Source: Chrysomallon squamiferum (taxonomy: Eukaryota; Animalia; Mollusca). Taken from it: a stretch of 64,000 nucleotides of DNA. Below the pieces are notes generated by a model. It was not told the DNA's origin. It made no database searches and was given only the letters and a program-made list of their open reading frames with translations. Below are positions 29,501 to 43,011 of the stretch, piece by piece (positions within the stretch are counted from its first letter, which is position 1; the number at the start of each line of letters is the position of its first letter). Location: positions 3,906,001-3,970,000 of the forward strand of contig CM022670.1 in the NCBI GenBank assembly GCA_012295275.1, read 5' to 3'. The position numbers were made by a program, and so were the translations under genes.

Positions 29501-30347
29501 TCAAATCAATAGACTATCTCTCATTTTAAAATCAATGATCTTTGACTGTTTTTTTTTTAAATTTTAATTTTTTTTTTTTTAAATGTTGTAGTTTGCTCTT
29601 GTTAGAATGTATGTGTGTGTGTGTGTGTGAGAGAGAGATTAAGATTAACTAACAACAGTAACTTATGATATTGCATATTTTAATATTATAGAAAATAAAT
29701 GAATAAATAAATAAATAAATAAATAAAAACAAACAAACAAACAAACAGTATCAACAATAACAACAACAAAACACAACAGAGCTGAAATAAAAAAAAAAAA
29801 TAAAATAAAATAAAATAAATAAACGCAACGCAACACCAGTAACAGAAGCAAGAAACAAAACCTCAGCATTAAACTGAGGTATCATGTATCGTTTTAATTT
29901 GTCTGTAGGTCAAATATTTTCCGAGATTCCAGAGATTTATTTTACTGCTTGTTTCCGGAAGCCATTATCGTCTGCTTTATCTGCTGCGGGATGTTTGAAC
30001 TGAGGGCCGATCCAGACTCAAGCAAGAGGGGACAGCGACGTGTACAACTCTTTTCACACCGTCGTTACATGTTGCAGATTTAAACAGATAACGTTCACAC
30101 TCATTGCGTTAGCCGTTATATTGTAGGGGATATATTATAGGGAAGATAGGGGAGTGGGAAAGCACAAAATCTGAAATCCTATTTGCTAGCAAAAATAAAA
30201 TAAAATAAATAAACAGATGACGATGATGATGATAATAATAATGTTATTAATGATTATGACGATGATGATATGGATAAAACTGGATAAATATTGTGATGAT
30301 GCCCCACCTCCATATACCCTCAAGACAGACTTTCAGATCCAGTAACG

Positions 30348-30397
<50 letters not shown>

Positions 30398-30509
30398 GAT
30401 GTTGTGTTGATTTAAATAAAAAATAAATAAATAAAACTGTTAAAAAGGTGGAGCTGTGTCGTTAAGCCGTAAAAAAAAATCATTAAAAAAAAAAAAAAAA
30501 AAAAAAAAA

Positions 30510-30800
30510 GCTAGACCCGCCCCTAAGCCGCGGCAACGATCAGTTTATCCACCCACGATCGACTGGGAAAATAGCTGTCTCGAGCTCATGAATTATTCAT
30601 GAGCACATCTGACTACATCAATAAATGTCGCGTATACATCCCCACAAGCGAACAATTGAAGTCTGCACGGGGACACCGTACAGGTTTATATACAATAGGT
30701 ATGTGCGGCATACCTGACAACTCCCAAACTATTCAGGGTCAGAGGTCACCGCGTGGACCGTGGGAAGCTGTGGGAACGATGTTAAAGTGTCTTTAAAAGG
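30510..30800. promoter_or_regulatory. Enhancer-like island with GC box, 21-bp palindrome and DR1
   Basis: CCCGCCCC near 30516; GCTCATGAATTATTCATGAGC 30584-30604; GGGTCA-G-AGGTCA 30736-30748. Confidence 0.45.
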
Positions 30801-31514
30801 CCTAGGTGTTTTGTTGTCGCGTTGCATGCTGGGGTATCTCTATTGTTTGTTGGTATGTTTACTTCGTGAATAGCGTATTGTTAAGTGATCGCGTTAGCTG
30901 CTTCAAATGTAGTGAGACATTGCATGGTTGTTGTCTTTGTTGTTGTTATTGCTGTTACTGTTGTTATTTGTTACTACTATTATTATTATTATTGTTGTTG
31001 TTGTTGTTGTTATTTATTTATCATTTTGTAATGTTTTTTATTTTTTTTTTATTTTTTTATTTATTTACTTTATTTTATTATTATTTTTTTTTTTATCATA
31101 ATTATTTATGGGTTTTTTTGGTGGTTGTTGGTTTGTTTTGGTTTATTTTGTTATGTTGTTGTTGTTGTTGTTGTTGTTGTATTTTATTATTATTTTTTTA
31201 ATTATACTTGTATGTTCACGCTCTGCTAGCTGGATAATCTGGGATTATCAGCTGGTAGGTGCTAGAGTGCAGGATTGAGAGATCAGTCTTTCTCGGCGTT
31301 TTCATTGCACTTTTTCCCGTTCCAGCCAGGGCCCAACAATTTATTTATTTAAAAAAAAACAAAAAAAAACACGTGGTATGTGATCTCCTGTTAGAGACGA
31401 ATAGTATATAAAGTGCTTTATCTCTCCTTTTTAGATTGTCCTTTAACAGTATAAAATAACAATAAATGTATTATCAGTATTTACATAGGTAAATAGATAA
31501 ATAATTGACCGACT

Positions 31515-31539
31515 GATAGATAAATAGATATATAGATAT

Positions 31540-31581
<42 letters not shown>

Positions 31582-31630
31582 GGATGGATGGATGGATGGA
31601 TGGATGGATGGATGGATGGATGGATGGATG

Positions 31631-31705
<75 letters not shown>
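31515..31705. repeat. Compound tetranucleotide (GATA)n(GATG)n(GATA)n
   Basis: Read directly from the sequence. Confidence 0.96.
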
Positions 31706-32950
31706 GAAAGAAAGAAAAAGAAAGAATAAAAATAAATAAATGCATACACTTATGCAGTAAAATATTTTTATATGTTTACGCTTTTATGAAAAAGATAGAA
31801 TGAAATTTAACATTAAAATATATATGTTTTCTGGATAACCAGAAATAATATTAATTTTAATATGTAATCAATTTTATTTTATTTTGTTTTAATAGTTATG
31901 CAGAAAAAAAGTAAAGCCCTTGTAAAAACACCTTGTTTCTCTGTTTATTATAATTAGATTTTTTAATTTTTTTTTAATTTGTATTTAATTAAATTTTAAT
32001 GCACATAAACATCCCACCTGGGTAAACAGATAAAAAATAATCATATTACCAGTTCTTTGAGCATAAATTATCTTTGTAAAAACGAAATTAACAGAAACAT
32101 GAAACTTCTGTTATGTTCGTTTTAACAACATTATTTTCATTCTTTTTTTTTTTATATATATATATTTCATTTATTTCAACTCATTCATCCGATCTTTCAT
32201 TTTACTTATTTATATTCATTCGTCATTCATTATTATTTTTTTAATTTATAGCTCATTCATGTTATTTATTTATTTAAGTGTTTTTTAGAACCAGTTTTAA
32301 CGTATTTTCAACAACAGAAAGGAAAAAGAGGAAATCAAAGAGACGGCATCAGTTAATTTTCACAAATCCTCAGATAAACAGACGACCGTAAAAACATCAC
32401 GTGACACAAAACCAGTGTAAATAATATTTCCTTGTATTTTATTTTGAAATAATGAAATCAGAAATAAATAAAGAAATAAAGAAATAAAGATAGAAAGAAA
32501 AAAAAAAAAAAGAAAGATAAAAAGAAAGAAAGAAAAGAAAAGAAAAAGTAAAAGAAAATCATAAATCAAGAACGATAATTCTGCTGACGCGCAGCATGAG
32601 CGGGGACACCAGTCTACTCGGAAATGTAGCTGCCTGTACCAGTCGACTGAAGACTTTCAAAACCGGTAGTGGAGTGACCAGTATTTCCGGCACGTGCATG
32701 TGATTAACTCTCCATTAGCGATGGCTGGGAAAATAACGTACATGTAATGCACGTGTATCTGGTTTCTCCCTTCGAGGTAAATAAAACAAACATCGACTAA
32801 AATAAAGCAAACTTTAATTAATATCAGAATGTTGTTTATGCGGACAAGCAGCTGACAAGCAGAAAACGTATTACTTTACAATTAACTTTTGTAAAAAATT
32901 TTAATTAAAATAAGGTTTTAATTAAATATTTATAGGATGGTGAGTTTGTG

Positions 32951-32982
<32 letters not shown>

Positions 32983-33145
32983 TTTATTTATTTATTTATT
33001 TATTTATTTTTTATTTATTTATTTATTTTTATTTTTTTTGTTAATTTATGTTGGGTTTTGTTTGGGGGTGGATATTTTTTAATTGTTGTAATTGTTTTGT
33101 TTTGCTGTTGTTCTTGTTTTCTTTGTAAGATTTTGCAAAAATAAT

Positions 33146-33212
<67 letters not shown>

Positions 33213-33447
33213 GCTACTGTCAGAAACAACATTTAATTTTTTTTTTTTAATAAAACGAAGGAAGGAAAGAAAGAAAACTGGTACTAAATTATTACCGATA
33301 AATTAATATTACTAACAGTACTAACATCGCTATTTCCAATACCGCTGCTAAATCAAATCAGAGGATATTCACGTCTAGGAATAATACTCTCACGTTCCGA
33401 TCAAAGTACACAAGCATGTGGTGATCTGTTTAATGGTTGGTACTAAT

Positions 33448-34806
33448 GACTCTTCGGCTTCTCAGATGTACGAACTACAAACTACTGTGAGTAAATGACA
33501 CTGAATAAACGACCGCAAACGACCTTCGAGAGAAACCGATTCTTGAAACAAAACCGTGATCATTTATACACGATAATGATCTGATTTTTTGGGGATGGAG
33601 GGAAGGAGGAAGGGCGATTGTTATTGTGTTTGCTTTCTTTCAAACATTAAGTAATTTTCTTCAAACTCGCCCCAACCCCACAAAAAACAACAAATAAAAA
33701 CAACAACAAACCCCTCAAAAAAAAAAACCCCAAAACACACACTCCCACACCCAAAAACCCAATTATTCGTGGTAATGAATTTTTTTTCTACAGCTTTGAC
33801 GTATCTAGGTGAAGGGCTGCTGTTATTGTTTTTTGCTTTCTAAGCAATGTTAAGGCCGACTCTTCTAAACAAAACCTTAATGTTTTTATTCAGGGCAATG
33901 AACGATGTACTGCAGCTTTGGAGTACACGGAGGAGGGATAATTATTTCTATTTTTTCTTCGCTTTCTCTCTCTCAGTGTAGATTTAAAGACGATTTGTGA
34001 AACACAACTATACAGTTTAATATAAGATAATAGGCTTTTGGTTGATATAAACGAACGAACGATTGTTTTTGTTGCTATTTCCATCAAAACATGAAGTCCA
34101 TTTATTTTTATGCTTTTCATACAGCTGAAAGAAAAGAAGATTACAGTAAAAGTCTTTGTGCAATTTACCATCAGGTACTTAAAAGAATCTCACAAAATAA
34201 CAATGATGTGAAGCTTTTTGTTGTTGTTGTTGTTGTTGTCGCTGTTTCTAACAACACTCTTATTTAATAATGAAAGGATCCATATTTCTTTAAAGGCATT
34301 GTAATCATTTTAATACTGATAGTTCAAAATTATTAACATTTTTATTTTCATTTATGTTACATGTAATACGTACAGGCAAAATCTCAACCACATTAATGTT
34401 GTTGCAATCATCTATAAATATTTTTGTTGTTGTTGCTGCTTTGTAATTTTAATCTTAATATTAAATCAGAAATAACGATATCGTCCTTTCAAAATATTTT
34501 TTATTCCCAGTGCTTATGTTTGGTGTTAATCGAAATATGTTTTTTATTTATTTATTTATTATTATTATTATTTTTTTTTTTTTAAATGTTTGGAAGAAAG
34601 CAAAAACATTAACAAACGCCCTCCCTCCCTCTCTCCATCACCCCCCAAAACTAGCTCATTATTCTGTATAAATGATTAGGGTTTTTTTTTTTTTTTTTTC
34701 AAGAATCGGTTTCTGTCGTAGGTCGTTTGTAGGACGTTCATTCAGTGTCATTTACTTACAGAAACATGTAACAGGTACTCTCTAGGTGAGACACCGAGAG
34801 TACCTG
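33448..34806. mobile_element. ~200-bp inverted repeat arms (33448-33650 and 34583-34806) around a ~930-bp spacer; foldback element or two opposed copies of a short repeat
   Basis: Left GTAAATGACACTGAATAAACGACC...AGAAACCGATTCTTGAAA...TCATTTATACA...AGGGCG.TTGTTA..GT.TTTGCTTTCTT.CAAACATT matches the reverse complement of the right arm (~7 differences in the best 65 nt). Confidence 0.75.
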
Positions 34807-37674
34807 ATCGTATCACTCGCCTCTTCTGGAACTATACACTGTTTGCTGGCTCTTTGTGACATCCAGTTGATGCAGCGACTAATTAATTTATATCTCACGC
34901 CAGCGCTCTAACCACTGAGCCTTTTGTCATTCCTGTAACGATTCAGAAGATTAGCATACGTTTTACCTTGACAGTGCCAGCTCGCTGTAAAACCGAACTA
35001 TCAGATGACGATGTAATCATCAGCTCACGTTGTTTCAAATCGTTAAAGATGGATGCTCCAGGTTAGGTCTGACAACGTGATATCGATGTATGTGAAGGTT
35101 TTTGCAGTGGAATATTGTTCTGTGAACTAAGGTCGAGAATGGAACAAGAGGAACGAGAGGAAATTAGAAAGCCAGAATGATCATGTTTTTTTGTCACGGA
35201 TCAGTACAGCGTTAGTGAAAATATCAAATGAATACGGGTAGAATGAAAATGAGTAAAAAGTCAAAGACTGAACATTTGTGTTCATAAACCAGAGGTATTT
35301 AGCTTTGATCGAAACACAAATGTACGAGAAACAGTTACGGAAACTGTATTAATAACAATAGGAACAATAAGAAAAAGAAGAAGAAAGGATGATGATGATG
35401 ATGATGATAATGATGAGGATAATAATGATAATGAAGATAATAATAACAGTAATGAAATGAAGATGATAATTATAATAATGATAATAATAAAAATAAAATA
35501 ATGATGATGATGATGGTATCATAAAAAAAATGCAACACGTATAAAAGAAACACGAACAACAGCAGCAAGATTGATTAGATTTGTACGTTCACAAAACGGA
35601 AATTTATATGGTAGTAGTAGTAGTAGTTGTTGATGTTGTAATAACAGTACTTGTAATAATATCTACTACTGCCACGGGTAGTAATAATTTATTTGTTATT
35701 AGTCAGTTATTCTATTTGTTTATGTTATTGTTTTTGTTTTTCTTGTTCTTCATGTATGGTATTTTGATCTGTTTGAATGAGCCTTGTATTCAATGTTTCT
35801 AATTTGGGCCTGTATATCAATAGAGTATATGCACTTTTATTTCTTATCGAGCATTTTAATACGATGGTTTGAAAAGAATGAACGAGAATTTTATATACTT
35901 AAATAAATCTTGGACGACACCAGTTTTATACAAGTTTAAAAAAGCGATCGATTTCATTCATTTGATCGTTTAGTTAATCTTATAACCAAATTCCTGCTAA
36001 TACAAGATTACAATAGATCGTTGTCTCACAAATCTTGTTTTTTAGTCAGTACATAAAAGAAAATAGTATATAATAGCCAAGCCAAAACAGAGAGAACAAC
36101 ATCTATAAAAAGACCGCCACGCCTACCCAGTAATCATTTGATCGGTGCCATTACAAAGAATCGATCCCATTAACTCTCAGCGAACACGCTGAAACCTTGA
36201 CCCACATACATCATGATCCTAACATTGACCAACGTGATTTTCAACCTGATTATCGTGTACGCCCCACTAATACACTTCATCGACCATTTTTTTTTTTTTT
36301 TTTTATCGCAAAACTTTTACCAAACCACTTTCTGGTTTTCACGGAATAACAATGAACATGATGGCGTTTTAAGAGTTGTATTAGTCTCCAGTGACACAGT
36401 CCAGATTTCGTTTATACGAACAACTAGTGCTTATAAATTGATTTCGACTAATCTGTGCCTCCCACGTAAGGCATTACCGTGAAAGAATGGTGCTATTTAA
36501 ATTCAGGACAGAACGGCATAAAGATTGTCGTGGGATTGGGTCTTGTCACAGTACTGCGATAATGTCGGATCAATTAAGCAGCTTTGACTGAACAAGTTCT
36601 CTTGTGAATCTCCGTGTCTCTGTAAAAAAATCTCCGTATTTTATTTGCGTGTGAGATAGTATTTACTGCAGATTTTATTTGTGACATACTAAATATGTTT
36701 AACTTCTTTTTTTTTCTTCTATTTTTTGCACGCACACAAATAGACTGATTGATTGATCTAAACATGAGATAAGCAGTATACTGATATGTATATGTGTGTA
36801 TGCATCTAATAGTGCATGAAAATACACGTATATAAACACATATGTTGCGTGTAATATTACGTTTTGCTTCTGCTTGTAAAGGTTTAAACGAATCTGTGTC
36901 TCGTGCTATGTAACGACAAACCGACGTACAGCCAGCACGACTCTCGCAGGTTAGAACTGAATGGAATCGTTGGCGTTACCAGTAATTACACACAATGACC
37001 CAGATTAAAAACATAAGAGAAATTACAGCGTAAGAATAAACCTATTGTTAAACGTTATTAGAAAACGGAAACACAATGACTGTACTATGCTGAGTCAGCT
37101 AATTCGAGATCAGAGTGTCTGTCATTCAACGAGCACAGTCTGGTGTGGGATGTCACAGACACCTTTCACCCTCCGCCCCTGCAGGAAGCAGACTATAAAC
37201 ATAGATAAAGAGGGTACTCGTATGAGTAATGTGTTTTGTCATACAACAACTAAATATCTGAGTCACCAGCTGTAGAGGCGTGCTTTGTCCTCAAACAGTC
37301 CGGTCAAGGTCCTCGTTGATGAATAAAATTAATGAAAAAAAAAAAAAAAAAAAAGAAGAGGTTTGTCGTCGTCCATAACAATTATAAATATTTCATTTGA
37401 AAATGTTAAGATGCTTATTTTGGTTTCATCATGCAAATGTTTTTTTTGTGGAATTATTAAGAGTCTGGTTTTGATTTCATCGTAATCGTAGATTTTATTA
37501 CGACTGACGTTATTTTCACCTTGTGATGGTCATTGTATGTTTTGTTTTGTGATCGCAGACTGCGGTGTTGACATCGTTAACATTAGAGTAAACTAGTTTC
37601 TTCAGAAACGTCAAAAAGACAGAGCTGCTTTAATCAGCCATGATCATGGTTAACTACGGCATCATTTGACGTCA

Positions 37675-37975
37675 ACATCATCAACAACATAGAAAACAAA
37701 TCTTGTTTGTAAATCATTATCAAGCTTTGATGTAATAATCATCATCAACATCTCCAGAATTATAAAGTCATATTCGTCATCATTACCATTATTATAAAAT
37801 ATTACTCCTGAATCATGATGATGTTCATCATCATCATCATCATTAGCAATATCATTATTGTTATCATCAGCATCACAATAATCATCGTCATCACCAACAC
37901 CATCATCAGCTTTCATCAAAGCATTGTCATCATCAACATCATCATCGTGATCGTCATCATCATCATCATCATCAC
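37675..37975. repeat. Degenerate (CAT)n tract
   Basis: Imperfect ATC triplets; explains the Asp-rich and Ile-rich ORFs. Confidence 0.88.
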
Positions 37976-38009
37976 CACAGTCAGGCCTGTATTATAATTT
38001 CAGATATTT

Positions 38010-38300
38010 AACGAGCACCGCGGATCTGTCGCAGCTTCCCCGCTGAAGACGTTGACCAGAGAGACACGTTTCTGCATAAATCGCGGCTCTGGAAAGCGAG
38101 GGAGGGCGGGCGGGCGTCCCTCGTAATAGATGACATTTTCAAGATTTTCTCCCGGGAACCATCCTGATTAAATTGTCTGTCTGGCCCCGCGCAATTTAAA
38201 CGTGCCCCTCTCGGCCTGAGCCAGTGACAAAGTGGACGTGTGATCTATGGTCGAAACTCGTGCCTGTTTGACACCGTGAACCGTGGCTGAAGCTTTAATC
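38010..38300. promoter_or_regulatory. GC-rich regulatory-like island
   Basis: High CpG content; GGGAGGGCGGGCGGGCG GC-box cluster at ~38100-38116; TCCCGGGAA at ~38150. Confidence 0.4.
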
Positions 38301-38589
38301 TCTTCTCTTTTTTAATTCTTTCACATGGTTATCGTTAACTTTTGATTGATAAACAACCGTTTCTTGAATGATTAGGGAGATTTAAGTTAATGTGTTTCAT
38401 TTTGTCGTTTATAATTAATGAAAGCGGATGAACAATGTGTAATGATAATGATCAAGTATAACAGGATTGATTCATTAAAAAAAAAAATGTAATTTATTAA
38501 GAAAACGATTTCGTTTGTTTTTGTGTTTCTATGTGTGTGGGCATTTGTTTGTATGTAGTTTAGGATTTTGAATATTCTCTGTCTTATGT

Positions 38590-38730
38590 ACATCTGATAT
38601 TCGGGAACGCACTGGCGCAGGAGGACAAAGTCCAATCACGATCTCACAAACCCGTCAGATGCCGCTGACGAGACTCGAACATACGGCACGCATTTACCCA
38701 CACCAGACGACGTTACCGTTCGACCATATA
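38590..38730 (-). mobile_element. Decayed tRNA-derived sequence (SINE head or tRNA pseudogene)
   Basis: Minus strand shows A-box TGGTCGAACGG and B-box-like GTTCGAGTC at tRNA-like spacing, ending ...CGGCA; no intact cloverleaf. Confidence 0.45.
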
Positions 38731-39206
38731 TATGTATGTATGTATGTGTGCGTGTGTGTATGATGTCTGTTTAATTAAGTACATGTATAATAGATAACTG
38801 AGTGCTTTAACTGTTTTTTTCATCAAAACCAATGTTCTACCCTGATCTACATTTCACAAGACTTTCTATGTACTCAACAGATGTGATGTGTTTAAATATT
38901 CATCGAGAAGGCTGAAAACGTTATGATTTAAAAGATAGGGAACACGTTAAAACAACTGGTACACTGTCATGTTTTATTCATTTCATTTCCAGCGCTTTGG
39001 AGGTCGTAATCCCACTGTGACGATGAGGCATAATTTATGTCTGTTCATTCACTGTAAACGTTACATCACCTCCCTCACAAGATATACGTGGATAACGACG
39101 GCATTAAGCAGTTTTGTCGCGTTTCTTATGTAATTAATAACAATCAATAAATCTTTAATAATAAATATTGCAATTAGATTTAGTAAGCAGGTTTTCATGT
39201 AATTAG

Positions 39207-39240
<34 letters not shown>

Positions 39241-39995
39241 ATCTTAATATAAAATATTTACAAAGGTTTTTTTAACTTTATATTTTTCCTTAGTTTGTAG
39301 CACTGAAAATAATTGCAGGGAACTTATTAATTATTAAAAAATTCATAAAAGATTATTCTGTTTCGTGTTTATTTTTTAGATTTAATTGTAATACTGAAAA
39401 CATCTGTAGTGAATTTCTCATAAATTATTTAGCAGATTTCTTAAAGAATAATGCTATTTACCTTTTTTTTTCTTTTTTTTTTTTCTTTGTAATGCAAACA
39501 AATATTTGTTCATTATTTAGCAGACTTCTTTTATTTTTTTTTTTTTTTCATTCATTCCATTTGGTCTTTTTTAAACGTAGAACGTATTTTCACAACACAG
39601 AGAACAAACCGACGGACGCATTCTTACGCAGCTTAAGTCGTAATCGTTTTTGTAAATAGCTGTAAGTGTCGGGCATATTTCTGTGGATACTGCGTTTCTG
39701 ACTGTATTACCAGGTATGTCTGAGTCGATAATCCTATCAGATGAGGGATAATCGAGTGAAAAAAATGTTTATTACATTCGTAACAAAGAGAAATAAGAAT
39801 GAGGCGTTAAACCAGCTTTTGCCTGGGATTTTACGGTAACGAGCTTAGACACGTGTTTATGAATGGGAGCATGTGATATTATTTTTGACTTGACACATGA
39901 TGTGATGTGTGTTTTATATATTAAATATGTGCTGGCGACTCTCTTATTTTCTCTTGTCTGTCTCTTTCTTTCGATGTCCAGTTCGAATTATATTT

Positions 39996-40084
<89 letters not shown>

Positions 40085-41539
40085 GGTTCTCCCTTTCTCC
40101 TTCACATTCTTTCTCTCTCTTGCTCACATCTATGAACTAAATAAATAAGTAAATAAGTAAATAATATTTATGGTTACCTACACAAGCACAGAGTAAAGAA
40201 AATGGACAAATGGTGGTTCGATAATAAATGAATATTTATCGACAATAGCTCCACAAAGGCCTTGTTTTTCCTTTCTTTTTTTTTAAAAATGTTATCGTTG
40301 TTTGTGCCCAGTGACCTTAAATTCATTCCCAAACATATATCGGTGCTACAAGAAAATTTTCCGGTCACGTTCCGATGATTGCCGAGATGGGCCGAGACGT
40401 CGCATTCGCCGTAATCGGGGAAGTACGTGACTGAACGACCAATGCTATTACGCTGACCTGTGAAAATGACTTAAGGTGAGCAGACGAGTTATTTAACGAA
40501 GTGACTAGAAAGTCAACACCGCATCCTAAAACATTCCAAGGTTTTGTTTTTGTTTGCAAATTACCGTATGAACATAGGCTGGATGGTTGAAGTTATATTT
40601 AGTCGCGCGCTGTACAAACCGACGTGAAATTTTTGTCATTCTGACCTGAGTTTTCGGCCGCGGTGACTTACAGCACCAACAACAACAACAACGACGTCAA
40701 CAATTATATGACTTAGAGTGTCATTCGTAATAATAAGAAAGACAAGAAATAGGGAATAAATGAAATAAATAAAGAAAGAAAGTCAAAACGGTAATGCGGT
40801 TATAGCATTTTTGTTACTTATGTAATTACGAATTTTGTTGCTTTCCGAGGGGGGTTGTTGTTGTTATTTTTTGTGGGGGGTTTCAATATTTTGCTATGAC
40901 GTGATTAAACAGACCACAGCCTTCATCAGTTGCGGGTTGTTTGCTGAAATTCACAGGACTCTAACATACATACACCCCCCATACCCGTGCCTCTCTGCCA
41001 CTCTTACTAACTGAACTACAGGCGCTTACCACATGTAAAATAATAATAATAATAATAAATACACAAACACACATATATGATTAAAAACAAGGGGGAAAAA
41101 ATAAGAAAGGAACAGGAAAAAAAAAAAAAAAGAAAAAAAGGACAACAAAATTCCGATATCAATAACAACATTAACCTATATAAGAAGTATCTTAATTTAA
41201 ACTTCTCCCTCACCTCTCCACTTTCATCCATTCAAATTCTTTTACACGGCTTTTCCTAATGTATTTTTTTTCTTCTTTTTCTTATGGTAATTGGAAAGTA
41301 AACAGTATCACAAACGTTCTCATTATTTCGCTTAACAATGATATGAAAAGAAAACCGTTGATATAACAAGCAAAACGAACACCTAGGGAAAAAAATCTCA
41401 CACGACTTTTACCTCCATTTCTAAAAACAGTTTTTCATTTACGATAAAACCTTGTTCGCTTCTTTGGCTGTTTGAAAAGGCTTACAGCGTACAAACACGT
41501 ATTTGTAAGCGAGCTGGTTTCAAAGAGTATCTCTCACTT

Positions 41540-41620
41540 GACCAGTTCATTGGCGAAGTGGTTTAAGAAACCAGACCCCGAGGCGGGTGGGTAGTCGGAT
41601 CGAATCTGGGTACCGTTACC
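41540..41620 (+). mobile_element. Decayed tRNA-derived SINE-like head
   Basis: A-box TGGCGAAGTGG at 41551 and B-box-like GGATCGAATC at ~41597; stems not maintained. Confidence 0.4.
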
Positions 41621-42838
41621 TACAATATTAGTTACTAAGAAGACGTATTGTAACACAGACGTCAATCATCTCTGACCAAGACAGACTTGTTTTATCTTCA
41701 GTGGATGAAACAACAACCGTTAACCTGAAAAGATATGAATTATAGCAAAAACAAATAAAATTAATAAAATAAATAGTTAATGAATGCATGAATGAATTAT
41801 GAATAAATAATAAGTAAGTAAATAAGTACTACTACAAAATAAACAATAAAATAGCAATTTTCATAAGGTTTATTGATTAATAAAGATAACACGAAAACAT
41901 GCAAGAACAATAAATAATTAAATAAAAAGAAATAGATTTTTTTTTTTTTTTTTTTTTTAGTTTTTCTGAAAACAAATTGCAATGTAGTTTACGGGAAACA
42001 ATACAGTGAATACTATGGTGTTTGTATGTGCGTGTGTGCGTGTTCACGAGTCAGAACTAACCGCAGCTTAATTAGAAATAACGGATGCATCTGCAATTAC
42101 GAATTTTGTGATGAATGATCCAGGGACATTATCATTTATCACAATGTCATATTCGCCAAATCCCTCGATTCGCTCGTTACTTGCAAAACGATGCCGCCAT
42201 TACAGGTTGGTGGCGTGACCCTTGCCGTCCAGTCACCGCCCGCCAGGATGAATGAGTTCGAGCGACGGTGCGAAGTAATTCGAGCGACCAAAAAGAAGTG
42301 GACGCTACTTTTACAATGCGACGACATTTGTCGAACACCGAGCCATTCCGAGTGAAAGGAAACTGTGTCCTGAGCTCAGTTGCTATGGGAATTAATCCCC
42401 ACAGAATTCGTTTTAAAGTCGGATCTGTCTCCGTGAATAATGTTAAGGTATCGTTAATGCCACAGCCTTTGACGCCGCGGCTTTCCTTGTTTCATTACAG
42501 TAATTAAAATAATTATTATAGGTAAACTGATAGTCCAAGTCCATTGTCGTTAAATGAGAAATAAGTGAAACTTGAAATGGGTTCCATTAATTGTTGTTGT
42601 TTTTTTTTTTCCTGTGGAGTTTATGGTTTCTTTCTTTGTTCGGTATTATGTTCTCGAATTAGAAAAGTCCTTTGTTTAGGATTCAAGAAAATCAAGTAGT
42701 TTTCATAATGAATATAATAAATGTTACAAAACGGTCAAGAATATTGTGTAGAACAAGAATAAGTAACTGGATGAAGTATAGTAAAATGTTGATTCACAGT
42801 GTATGTTAGTGTGTGGTACGACAGAGTCTGGTGAAGTG

Positions 42839-43011
42839 AGTGTAATGTATACCGGGCATTGAATCAGAAGTCAGAAGTTTCCTAAGAATCAGAAGAAGAG
42901 ATAATGAAGGTGAACGTGTAGTGTAATGTATACCGGGCATTGAATCAGAAGTCAGAAGTTTCCTAAGAATCAGAAGAAGAGATAATGAAGGTGAACGTGT
43001 AGTGTAATGTA
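42839..43011. repeat. Perfect 81-bp tandem duplication (2.1 copies)
   Basis: AGTGTAATGTA recurs at 42839, 42920 and 43001, with identical intervening sequence. Confidence 0.96.
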
